Source: Candidatus Bathyarchaeota archaeon (GTDB lineage: Archaea > Thermoproteota > Bathyarchaeia > Bathyarchaeales > Bathycorpusculaceae). Taken from it: a stretch of DNA of 64,000 nucleotides. A program made the translations under genes and the position numbers. Below, piece after piece: positions 32,647-41,466 of this stretch. The notes beneath the pieces were generated by a model. The model was not told where the DNA came from, searched no databases, and worked only from the letters and a program-made list of their open reading frames with translations. The DNA is taken from positions 64,001 to 128,000 of the forward strand of contig CAWFFH010000006.1 in assembly GCA_963815095.1 (NCBI GenBank), read 5' to 3'. Every line of letters begins with the position of its first letter. The stretch's first letter is position 1.

Positions 32647-33351
32647 ATGTCAGGGCTAACCTCACTTCACAAGATTCTCAAAGACGAAACAAGGCAACGA
32701 ATACTACTTTTACTGAATGATAGAGGAAGCGTAAGCTACACAGACTTAATGACCGAGGTGAGGATTGGAAGTACCGGAAAAATGAACTATCATCTAAAAA
32801 TATTAAACGGACTGATTGCAAAAAATGAGAGCGGGCAGTTTTCCATAACTGAGAAAGGTAAACTTGCTATCCGTCTAATGGAAGAATTCTGTGAAAAGAA
32901 AAGTCAGTCACAAAAAGAAGCTTCTTTTCCAAAAGCTTACTTTATTGTTGTTGGAATTTTTTCAACTGTTCTCCTTGCCTTAGAGTTTGGCTTATACGTT
33001 AGCGGGATTATCGGCTTAGACAGATTTGTGGAGTATCTTGCAACCTCCGTTTTAGGTATCGCATTTCTTTTGATTGCTGAACAGGCAAGACGGAGAAGAA
33101 CTATGTCGCAACCTATGAAACAAATGTTGGGGGCAAAAATTGCGTTAATTTTTTCGGGTGCATTTACAGGTGGGGTTACTCTTTTTTTTGGGGGCGGATT
33201 AACTATAGGATTGCTTAAAATTTGGCTTTTTGGCTTTAATTCTTGGATAATAACAAGTTTTACCGTAGGCTCAATTATAGGTGGCTTAATTGGTTATTTG
33301 ATTTATAAGAGAAGCAGATATTCAAAAATCAGCTATTATGAGCCTTTCTAG
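32647..33351 (+). CDS. ArsR-like wHTH fused to 4-TM membrane domain
   Basis: LHKILKDETRQRILLLL...SYTDLM...STGKMNYHLKIL..LI; four TM helices. Confidence 0.85.
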   Translation: MSGLTSLHKILKDETRQRILLLLNDRGSVSYTDLMTEVRIGSTGKMNYHLKILNGLIAKNESGQFSITEKGKLAIRLMEEFCEKKSQSQKEASFPKAYFIVVGIFSTVLLALEFGLYVSGIIGLDRFVEYLATSVLGIAFLLIAEQARRRRTMSQPMKQMLGAKIALIFSGAFTGGVTLFFGGGLTIGLLKIWLFGFNSWIITSFTVGSIIGGLIGYLIYKRSRYSKISYYEPF

Positions 33352-33488
33352 AGATACTGTGAAAAATTTGGGTTAAAGAACACTAGAAATTCCGATGACT
33401 TTTTTCTCACGATTGGGTGTATCACCACTTTGGTGAATTAGCAAAGTCTTATTAATCAACTTAAAACAGAATAAATTGTTGACTGAAA

Positions 33489-33939
33489 ATGGCAAGAAAG
33501 CTTTCTAAAGCAAACATAGCTTTGATTTTCTTTACAGCTATCCTCTTGTTGTCTGTTTTCGCCCAAATTGCGTATCAAGCACAACTACGGATCAAACTAT
33601 TATCCAGAATTCTACATTCATGCTGAAAAATTAACGACAAAACCAGAGCAATATTTCATATTGTCAAACCCCGACCCATACGTCCTCAGAGCAATAAACG
33701 GTGAACAGAACCTTTTAGCTCCCCAAAGAGAAACGCAAATCTTAGATTTAGAGGAACAACATAAAACAAGTAACGTAGAATACAATGGTTCATACTATGC
33801 AGTTTGGGTTGCGTTTGTAGATGCTTTTCCACCGCCTACATTGCCCTACATATTAGCTGGATTTGCTTTGTCGGTCATGGGAATAGTTGCAATACTGATT
33901 TTTCATGTCGCAAGACGCTTTAAGCCACCGAAAAAATAG
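33489..33939 (+). CDS. Secreted protein with TM anchor (frameshift near 33580)
   Basis: Signal peptide MARKLSKANIALIFFTAILLLSVFAQ in one frame, body and TM in the adjacent frame. Confidence 0.55.
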
Positions 33940-34129
33940 AATTTTTCCCGCTTAATTTTTAAGAATAAAAATTTGGGAGCGGTCTTTCCTTGTTGGAATT
34001 CCGCTTGCACAGCAGCGTTATTAATCGACGTGGCTTGTCCAGATACGTACGATTTCTTTGAAGTCCAGGATTTTAGCGCCAAACGTGTGGCTTGCGGTAA
34101 TTTTTAGCTTGCGAGTCTCAATTGCTTTG

Positions 34130-34612
34130 TCGGTTTCAATGAGTAGCTGGGCGCCACAGTGAGAAACCAAACAAATCTCCCGAATCTGAAAACCACGGCT
34201 AGCTAGCGCTCATAACGCTGCTATAATATCCAAAAGTGATAACAAACCCGTTCACAGTCAAAATATCTAGGAGCCATCGAGAAGCTGTTTACAACAGTTG
34301 TTCAAATTACATGGTACAGCTCCAAATATTTGCGGTACTATAGGGCGGGTCAAGCAAAACAATATCAAACAACACGCCCTTTTCACGGAACATTTTAGCG
34401 CATTCCAGGGCATCCATCTTGAAAAGAATACCGGGCAAATCAGGGTCTAGATCGTTGGTGACTTCAATACAACACATCAGCCTTGTGGAACCTGCAAAGA
34501 GGTTAAGCACATACTTGCCCTTGCAGTGCTCCTCAACCCATGCCTTCGTCTTAGGCGCCTTGAACGTGTAGCGGTTAAGCGGCTGACGCAAATAAGTGAA
34601 CTCAACCAAGCC
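34130..34612 (-). pseudogene. Degraded small N6-adenine DNA methyltransferase-like gene (phage/virus type)
   Basis: VLNLFAG (SAM motif I) and LLDPPYS (motif IV), then frameshifted pieces YRKYLELY, VITFGY, RGFQIREICLVSH. Confidence 0.7.
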
Positions 34613-34787
34613 GATGCCTCCGTTTATCAACGTGGTCCTGATAGAGTTCCTCTTCAATGAGCGCCTTATCCATCAAATCAGCAAGCGCTTTGCCCATGTC
34701 GCCGCCAAAATAGCGGTCGACAATCGTTGCGGAAAACGCTTTGAGAAGCTGAGTTGAGACCTTATTATATTCTTGAATACTGCTCAA
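34602..34787 (-). CDS. Small hypothetical protein, paralog of 49970-50227
   Basis: LLKAFSATIVDRYFGGDMGKALADLMDKALIEEEL vs MLKEFAQKIVLPYFHGNMNKAIRSLMEKAITEETM. Confidence 0.6.
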   Translation of the reverse strand: MSSIQEYNKVSTQLLKAFSATIVDRYFGGDMGKALADLMDKALIEEELYQDHVDKRRHRLG

Positions 34788-34869
34788 GAAAAGAGGCCCC
34801 CAAAAACGTTTATAGCCTGTGCTAAGCCTGAAAAATACTTAATTTTTAAAATAAAGGAAAAAGATGATA

Positions 34870-34894
34870 GAAAAACTACTATTAGTAGTTTTTC
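34870..34894. terminator. Perfect hairpin just 3' of tRNA-Asn
   Basis: gaaaaactact-att-agtagtttttc. Confidence 0.5.
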
Positions 34895-34904
34895 ACGTAA
34901 GTGT

Positions 34905-34981
34905 TGGCGCCGCCGAAAGGACTCGAACCTTTGACCTACTGATTAACAGTCAGTTGCACTACCGGGCTGTGCAACGGCGGC
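34905..34981 (-). tRNA. tRNA-Asn(GTT), CCA encoded
   Basis: GCCGCCG/CGGCGGC acceptor stem, ACTGA-CTGTTAA-TCAGT anticodon arm, GGTTCGAGTCC. Confidence 0.95.
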
Positions 34982-35186
34982 AAACCATTGTTCTCTCATC
35001 TTTCAGATTCACAAGACTATTTAAGTTTAGCCGTGTTTCCGAAACAGGCTGTTGGACAAATCTCAAAGAACTTTATTTGATGATTTAAGTTGCTATGGGT
35101 GGGTTGGTTGCTTGTTGTAGTGGCGAGGCTACAACACGATCTTATATCTTACATCTTCTCTCTTACTATATTAGTAAGTTTGGATT

Positions 35187-35528
35187 TTGAAACATTTTAC
35201 GGAGTTGAACAAAATTTTTAATAAAAAAATATTCCACGGTGCCATTCTCGAAAGCATCATTCTAAACCTAATAAACGAAACTTCTGATTATGGTCTACAC
35301 GGTTACGCTATCCTGACGGCCGTACAGAAAAAATTCGGCATACGGTTAGGTCCCTCTTTGATATACCCTGAGCTCAAACGTTTAGAGAAACGGGGGTTCA
35401 TAACTTCAAGCTGGATATTCGTCTTGGGAAAAGCCCGCAAGCAGTACCGAATTACGCAAAAAGGGCAATGTTTACTTAGAGAATATTTTGTGGAGTTAAA
35501 AGCAGTCATACCAGTTTTCGCTGCATAA
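35187..35528 (+). CDS. PadR-family transcriptional regulator
   Basis: LHGYAI......GPSLIYPELKRLEKRGFI.S.W....ARKQYRITQKG. Confidence 0.9.
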   Translation: MKHFTELNKIFNKKIFHGAILESIILNLINETSDYGLHGYAILTAVQKKFGIRLGPSLIYPELKRLEKRGFITSSWIFVLGKARKQYRITQKGQCLLREYFVELKAVIPVFAA

Positions 35529-35717
35529 AAAAATAATATAGTTGCTGAATCCGTTTTCTTCCTGTCTCCTATGCGTAATTATCGGAAAATAAGCGTGATT
35601 TGCCGTTAAGGGTTATAAATTCAATTGTACTCATGTACAACGATTATTTTCTTATTATGTTGCGAGCACAAGTTTTTATACCCTTTTTGTACATGGGCAA
35701 CATACAAGAGTCTTTTT

Positions 35718-35843
35718 ATGGTTGACTGCCCTAAATGCGGAAAAAAACTGAGTAAACCCGATAGAAAACTCGAAAATTTTGTCTTCTTTATTGCAGTTTT
35801 CACCTGCGACGAATGTGAAACCCAAATCAAAATAACTCACTGA
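35718..35843 (+). CDS. 41-aa zinc-ribbon micro-protein
   Basis: MVDCPKCGKKLSKPDRKL...FTCDEC; TTTTTATA box about 40 nt upstream. Confidence 0.6.
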   Translation: MVDCPKCGKKLSKPDRKLENFVFFIAVFTCDECETQIKITH

Positions 35844-35888
35844 ATATTTAAGAAGCCAAAGATTATAAACGTAAAAGCAGAAAAATGG

Positions 35889-37352
35889 CTATTCTGTTCG
35901 TCTCACTTTGTACTTTGCGATCGCTGAGAAGCCTTTATAGAATTCTTTCATAATGAGTGAGTACCATTTGCCCGAAAAAGACCAATCTAACAGGTTGTCA
36001 ACCCAGCGGAAGTCGTGTTCGGCACATGAAACCAGCAGTTGCTTATGCAAAGAGCTAAGCTTCGTTTCTTCAAACCAGTCTGCGCTCTGAAGTTTTCCCA
36101 GGGGAACAAAGAACAATGGCACAATCAGGCTTCGCATATCTTTGAGGTCGTCAACCAAATCCATCGTTTTTATTACATCGTCCTCGGTTTCGTCGGGTAA
36201 CCCAACAATCAATGTACAAGCGGGAACCAGTTTGTTATCATGCATCAAACCCATGCCGTTCACAACTACATCATGCCAATTTTCTGCCAGAAATGGATGA
36301 GCTTTTGCAGGCATAATCTTCTTTGCCACATCGCCTGACCCAGTCTCGATGCCCACTTCAGCACCCCACCAAGTTTGGTTCTGCAAAATAATCTCCGAAA
36401 GTTCGTGGAAAAGTTTAGGCGAAGAAGCCACTGCAGCCAAAGAACAATGACTCCAACTTATCCCATCAACCTGTTTCATAACCATCTTGTGCAAAGCCAA
36501 AATCTGCTCCCCATTTGGCACAGTGTTATTTGAGCCATAAAGCATAACATCTTCAGAATGGAGACAAGCACCAGTCACTTTATCCGACGACAAATTAACT
36601 TGGAGTTCTCGGTCAATTTTTTCAATCGGATACCATCTTAACGGGCGCAAAGTGACGTTGCAGAATTGGCAGCCACGACAACATCCTCGTCCAATCTCAA
36701 TCAAACCATTAATCGAAGGTGAAACAATATCGGGAATTTCTTCCAAACTTGGAACTTCACTAGCACCAACCTCGTAATGACTTGGAAGATCTTGACCTTC
36801 AATAGCTGCTTTAAAGAGCTTACCCACTACATTTTCCCCTTCCCCTTCAACCACGCAGTCGATGCCCAAATCCTTAACCAATTTTTCTCGATACTTAAAC
36901 TGCCATGCCCCGGGACCTCCGACAATAACTTTTAAGCCGTTTTGTTTTGCTTTTTTGATTTCCGAACTTCTAAGTAATGCTTGAAAATACTTTGCAAGAT
37001 ATGGCTCTTTTTTGAAGATAGATGCAAGAGTTGTAGAGGCAGGTCCTAAACCAAACGGATCCATCGCGTGAATGCCCAGAACCTTTGCATCCTTTAAGGC
37101 GTCTCCAAGGCGATTTGGGCTTAGGGTTTCCACTTTGAAGCCTTCTTTTAGAAGTTGGGCTTCAGTTTTTCTTAGGCCATATGGAGCTGCCCAAGGTTGT
37201 CCGTTGCTGGTTTTTAGATGCGGAAAAAAAAGGTAGCTATAGAGCCATTCGGGGATAAAATTTGGAGGGGCGCATGTACCGAAACCTAGAAATTCATTAT
37301 TATGATAGTTACTCATTAGCGTTCTGTCCGCAGTTAAAATTACATCTGCCAT
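35889..37352 (-). CDS. B12-binding-domain radical SAM protein
   Basis: APYGLRK.EA, VIVGGPGAWQ, EIGRGCCRGCQFC, GIETGS. Confidence 0.88.
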   Translation of the reverse strand: MADVILTADRTLMSNYHNNEFLGFGTCAPPNFIPEWLYSYLFFPHLKTSNGQPWAAPYGLRKTEAQLLKEGFKVETLSPNRLGDALKDAKVLGIHAMDPFGLGPASTTLASIFKKEPYLAKYFQALLRSSEIKKAKQNGLKVIVGGPGAWQFKYREKLVKDLGIDCVVEGEGENVVGKLFKAAIEGQDLPSHYEVGASEVPSLEEIPDIVSPSINGLIEIGRGCCRGCQFCNVTLRPLRWYPIEKIDRELQVNLSSDKVTGACLHSEDVMLYGSNNTVPNGEQILALHKMVMKQVDGISWSHCSLAAVASSPKLFHELSEIILQNQTWWGAEVGIETGSGDVAKKIMPAKAHPFLAENWHDVVVNGMGLMHDNKLVPACTLIVGLPDETEDDVIKTMDLVDDLKDMRSLIVPLFFVPLGKLQSADWFEETKLSSLHKQLLVSCAEHDFRWVDNLLDWSFSGKWYSLIMKEFYKGFSAIAKYKVRRTE

Positions 37353-37618
37353 TTGCGTTTCCTCTCAGTCATTCTTTAAAACTACTGTATAGCGAGATTT
37401 TAGTCACTCAACGGGGGGATATAACTTTATTGCTATCTATCTTGACCACAAAATCATGGTGTTTTTAGTGCTAAATGCTGAAGCTTCGATGGTATTTATG
37501 TCAATGTTGATTAAGGTTATTTTTACATTAAATTCGAGTGTTTTTGCGTTTAACCACGAAAATGTATATCAAGGTACTCGTGAATTTACTAGAGAAAAGA
37601 CTTAGTGAAGGGATTGCT

Positions 37619-38182
37619 TTGAAAATTATGGTAGAGTTTAGATGGCATGGAAGAGGCGGACAAGGCGCTTGGACAGCCAGCGAACTTTTGGCAAGAACAG
37701 CCCTCGATGAGGGTAAATACATTCAATCTTTCCCAGAGTTTGGGCCAGAACGAATGGGTGCGCCAGTAACTGCTTTTACCCGAATCAGCACTGAACCAAT
37801 ACGGTTACATTGTGCAATCTATGATCCAGACGTTGTGGTAGTCTTAGATAACACTTTACTGAAAAGTGTACCAGTCACCGCAGGATTAAACCGTGAAGAA
37901 ACCTCTTTAATTATTAATTCAAATGAGGAACCTACGGTTTTGAAAGAAAACCTTCGAGTTACCAAATGCAAAGTTTGGACCGTACCAGCGACCGAGATTG
38001 CCATAAGAATTTTGGGTGCTCCAATAACAAATACCGCTCTGCTAGGCGTTGTTGCTAAAGCAACTGACATAGTAACCTTAGAGGGAATAGAAAAAACTTT
38101 GAAAGGACGATTCAGACCTGACTTGGCAGAGAAAAACTTTGCAGTCATAAAGGAAGCCTACAAGGAGGCAAAAGTAGAATGA
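37619..38182 (+). CDS. porG: Pyruvate/ketoisovalerate:ferredoxin oxidoreductase gamma subunit
   Basis: EFRWHGRGGQG, FPEFGPERMGAPV, NTALLG. Confidence 0.92.
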   Translation: MKIMVEFRWHGRGGQGAWTASELLARTALDEGKYIQSFPEFGPERMGAPVTAFTRISTEPIRLHCAIYDPDVVVVLDNTLLKSVPVTAGLNREETSLIINSNEEPTVLKENLRVTKCKVWTVPATEIAIRILGAPITNTALLGVVAKATDIVTLEGIEKTLKGRFRPDLAEKNFAVIKEAYKEAKVE

Positions 38183-38463
38183 GTAGCAAAGAAAAAACTT
38201 GGAAAGAAATCTCTATAGCCGGCGTTCCTCCAAAATCCAGCATTGGATTCATGACTGGTGACTGGAAAACTTACATGCCTGTCCGCGACCTAGAGAAATG
38301 CACTGTATGCTTAACATGCGTCATGTTCTGTCCTGAAGGCGCAATTAAATATCGTCCTGAAATGGGCAAAATCGAATTCGACTTCAGCTTCTGCAAAGGT
38401 TGCGGAATATGCGCAAACGAATGCCCAACCAAAGCAATAACTATGAAGATGCCTGAGGAATAA
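38179..38463 (+). CDS. porD: Pyruvate/ketoisovalerate:ferredoxin oxidoreductase delta subunit
   Basis: TGDWK..P, CTVCLTCVMFCP and CKGCGICANECP 2x[4Fe-4S] motifs. Confidence 0.92.
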   Translation: MSSKEKTWKEISIAGVPPKSSIGFMTGDWKTYMPVRDLEKCTVCLTCVMFCPEGAIKYRPEMGKIEFDFSFCKGCGICANECPTKAITMKMPEE

Positions 38464-38465
38464 AA

Positions 38466-39702
38466 ATGACACAAAAATCTAAACAAGAAACCGTAGCTAT
38501 GAATGGTGACGAAGCAGTTGCCTTCGCAGTTAAACAATGCGACGTTGATGTTGTTGCTGCTTACCCAATTACGCCCCAAACAATCATTGTTGAAAAATTC
38601 AGCGAATACGTCGCCAACGGAGAAGTCAAAACAGAATTTGTCTGCACCGAATCAGAACACAGCGCCATGACAGCATAGTCTTGCAGCATCAGCAACAGGA
38701 GCACGAACTTTCACCGCCAGCGCTTCAGCAGGTTTAGCACTAATGCATGAAATGCTCTTTGTTACTTCGGGTTCTCGTGTACCAGTCGTAATGGCGGTTG
38801 CTAACCGCGCGCTATCGGCGCCTCTCAACATTCATGGTGACCACTCAGACAGTATGGCTGAGCGAGATAGCGGGTGGCTACAAATTTACGTTGAAAACGC
38901 CCAGGAAGCATACGACTCCATCCTTCAAGCCTTCAAGATAGCAGAGGATATTGGTGTTTCATTACCTATAATTGTGGGTTTAGACGGGTTCACTATTAGT
39001 CATACACTTGAACGAGTAGACACACTTTCAGATAGACGAAGTCAAGCAATTCGTTGGAGAACGTCAATTTCCATTTGTTCTTACACATGAAGGAAAAACT
39101 GTTCCTTTCAAACTTGACCCCGAAAACCCCATGACTATGGGTCCAAACGCGCTACAGAATTACTATTTCGAGTTTAAGAGGCAACAACAAGAAGGCATGA
39201 ACAACGCATTAAAAAAGATCCAAGAAGTCAACGCTGAATACGCCAAAATCAGCGGCAGAAGCTATGGCAACGGACTCATAGACGCATATCAACTTGAAGA
39301 TGCAGAAATCGCAATTGTATGCATAGGCTCAACCGCTGGAACACTAAAGGTATTAGTTGACCAACTAAGAGCAAGAAGGAATTAAAGCAGGTGTTCTACG
39401 GCTTCGCACATTTAGACCGCTGCCATTCGAAGAACTTCAAAATGCCCTTAAAAACGATTAAGGTTATTGCAGTTATGGATAAAAGCATGAGTCCAGGCGG
39501 GTTAGGCGCTCCGGTCTTCAGTGAAGTCAAAAACGCACTCTACGCCCTAAACCAACGCCCAATTATGGTCAATTACATTTTCGGTTTAGGCGGCAGAGAC
39601 AGTAGCCCACGTGACCTGCGAAAAATCTTTGAAGACTTATCTAAAATTGCTAAAACTGGGCAAGTCGATAAGGAAGTGCATTATTTAGGATTAAGGGAGT
39701 AG
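38466..39702 (+). CDS. porA: Pyruvate:ferredoxin oxidoreductase alpha subunit, interrupted by four +1 insertions (probable sequence errors, or pseudogene)
   Basis: [38 protein letters not shown]; extra bases near 38677, 39034, 39374 and 39455. Confidence 0.88.
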
Positions 39703-39711
39703 GAGACAAAA

Positions 39712-40677
39712 ATGACAACTCAAGAATGGAAATTCACAGCTAAAGATATTGCAAACAAACCAGACCTGTTCCTTTCAGGGCACCGTGCATGTGCCGGTTG
39801 TGGACCAGCTGCAATGCTAAGAATGGTAATGAAAGCAACCCGTGGACCAACAATCGTGACTCAAGCAACCGGCTGCATGGAAATCGTCGGCTCAATTTAC
39901 CCTTACTCATCTTGGGCTCTTCCATGGCTTCACACCGCATTTGAGAATGCTGCTGCTAATGCTTCAGGTATCGATGCAGCAATCAAAGCTATGCGCAAAA
40001 AAGGAAAAATAAAACAAGAGCATATAGACATCATCGCGTTAGCCGGTGATGGCGGAACCTACGACATTGGTTTGCAAGCACTATCGGGTGCAGTGGAGCG
40101 TGGACACGATTTTCTCTTCATTCTCTATGATAACGAAGGTTACATGAACACTGGCATCCAAAGAAGCAGCTCTACACCTCTTGGCGCAGCGACAACTACA
40201 ACTCCCGCTGGTTCAGTAAACCCTGGCAAACTAGAAAAGAAAAAACCCATCACAGAAATAATGCTGGCACACGAAATGGAATACGTGGCAACAGCAACAC
40301 CGTACTACTGGAAAGACATGCTAACAAAAGTGCGCAAAGGCTTAGAAGTTGAAGGCCCAGCATTTCTACACATATTTGCTCCTTGTCCAAGAGGCTGGAG
40401 AAGCGACCCAGCAAAAACCATGGAGTACAGCAAACTCTCTGTTGAGTCATGTGTGTTTCCAATATGGGAAGCAGTCAATGGCAAACGAACACTCTCAACA
40501 CCTAGCAAACTCATCTCTCTCGCACCTCAGAAAAAGAAGCCTGTGAAAGCTTACCTTGAAGGACAAGGCAGGTTCAGACACCTCTTTACGCCACAAAACT
40601 CGAATGTCCTCGACGAGATTCAACGCGCCACTGATGAACGTTGGCAACGGCTCTTGCAGAAATGTGAGTCAACCTAA
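39712..40677 (+). CDS. porB: Pyruvate:ferredoxin oxidoreductase beta subunit
   Basis: GHRACAGCG, ATGCME, AGDGGTYDIG, DNEGYMNTGIQRS, APCPRGW. Confidence 0.92.
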   Translation: MTTQEWKFTAKDIANKPDLFLSGHRACAGCGPAAMLRMVMKATRGPTIVTQATGCMEIVGSIYPYSSWALPWLHTAFENAAANASGIDAAIKAMRKKGKIKQEHIDIIALAGDGGTYDIGLQALSGAVERGHDFLFILYDNEGYMNTGIQRSSSTPLGAATTTTPAGSVNPGKLEKKKPITEIMLAHEMEYVATATPYYWKDMLTKVRKGLEVEGPAFLHIFAPCPRGWRSDPAKTMEYSKLSVESCVFPIWEAVNGKRTLSTPSKLISLAPQKKKPVKAYLEGQGRFRHLFTPQNSNVLDEIQRATDERWQRLLQKCEST

Positions 40678-40841
40678 CTTTTTCCTTTTTTATTTAACCT
40701 GAATTAAAGCTTGTTTTTGGTAATGCTGTTTTTTCATTGTTAATAGATGGGGGATCGCCAAAAATGACCTATCCTCTAACGTTTCTGCAATGAGCTTCCA
40801 TTAGGCTCCGAATAGGTTCGCCTTGAAGAAGAATACCCAGT

Positions 40842-41411
40842 CTAAAGTGAATCCAAAGCTTTTTGAGTTAGCTGCTTAGTCAGGTTTTCTCTATTAGAGA
40901 AAGTCACATTAAAAATCTCCGCGTCAACTCTTCGCTTCACATTAGTTACAAATGATCCGTTGGCTTTTCCATGCACAACCATCAACACCAACTTTTTGCT
41001 CTCTAACACTTGTGTCACGGCCTGTTTGAATTTCTCTGAGTAAAGCTCCATGGGGCCAACCTCGTCAATGACTATAATGCTACATTTTTCGATGGCTTGC
41101 GTGATAGCTGCCGTGCCAATGTTGTCGAGATCAACGAGGTTAACGTGGTATTTGCCCACCTGTGGACCACCCTGCCCGTTTACTTGAGCCAGCCACCCAC
41201 GTTTGCCACGGGTTAAATCCAAGATTTCAAAACCAACACGCACACCGTTTTCCCTTACTTCACGGCTAACCATTCCGCCTACACTGAGACCTTTGGCTTT
41301 TAAGGCATCAACAATCTTAGTGAGCACAGTGGTTTTTCCAACTCCCGGAGCACCAGTCAAAATAAAAACTCTCGTCATCGTCATCTTCATCTTTTGCACC
41401 AACCCTACCAT
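40842..41411 (-). CDS. THEP1/NTPase_1 family nucleoside triphosphatase
   Basis: LTGAPGVGKTT, EVRE.G.RVGF, VGKY.V, IDEVGPMEL; true start probably one of the ATGs at 41390-41378. Confidence 0.9.
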   Translation of the reverse strand: MVGLVQKMKMTMTRVFILTGAPGVGKTTVLTKIVDALKAKGLSVGGMVSREVRENGVRVGFEILDLTRGKRGWLAQVNGQGGPQVGKYHVNLVDLDNIGTAAITQAIEKCSIIVIDEVGPMELYSEKFKQAVTQVLESKKLVLMVVHGKANGSFVTNVKRRVDAEIFNVTFSNRENLTKQLTQKALDSL

Positions 41412-41466
41412 AAGTCTAATATGCTGATTAAATTCTTTTCATACCAACACCTCTGGAGCAGACCCG

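Noticed and set aside
30084-33470. Canonical integron attC sites
   Set aside because: No consistent RYYYAAC...GTTRRRY ends and no IntI gene in the window; reported instead as a different cassette-like repeat.
38676-38678. Pyrrolysine or other TAG readthrough in porA
   Set aside because: The downstream coding sequence is in a different frame; the TAG arises from a one-base insertion in TGT.
40741-40830. Possible riboswitch-like sequence between porB and the NTPase gene
   Set aside because: Lies between convergent gene ends and does not match fluoride or other known aptamer consensus.
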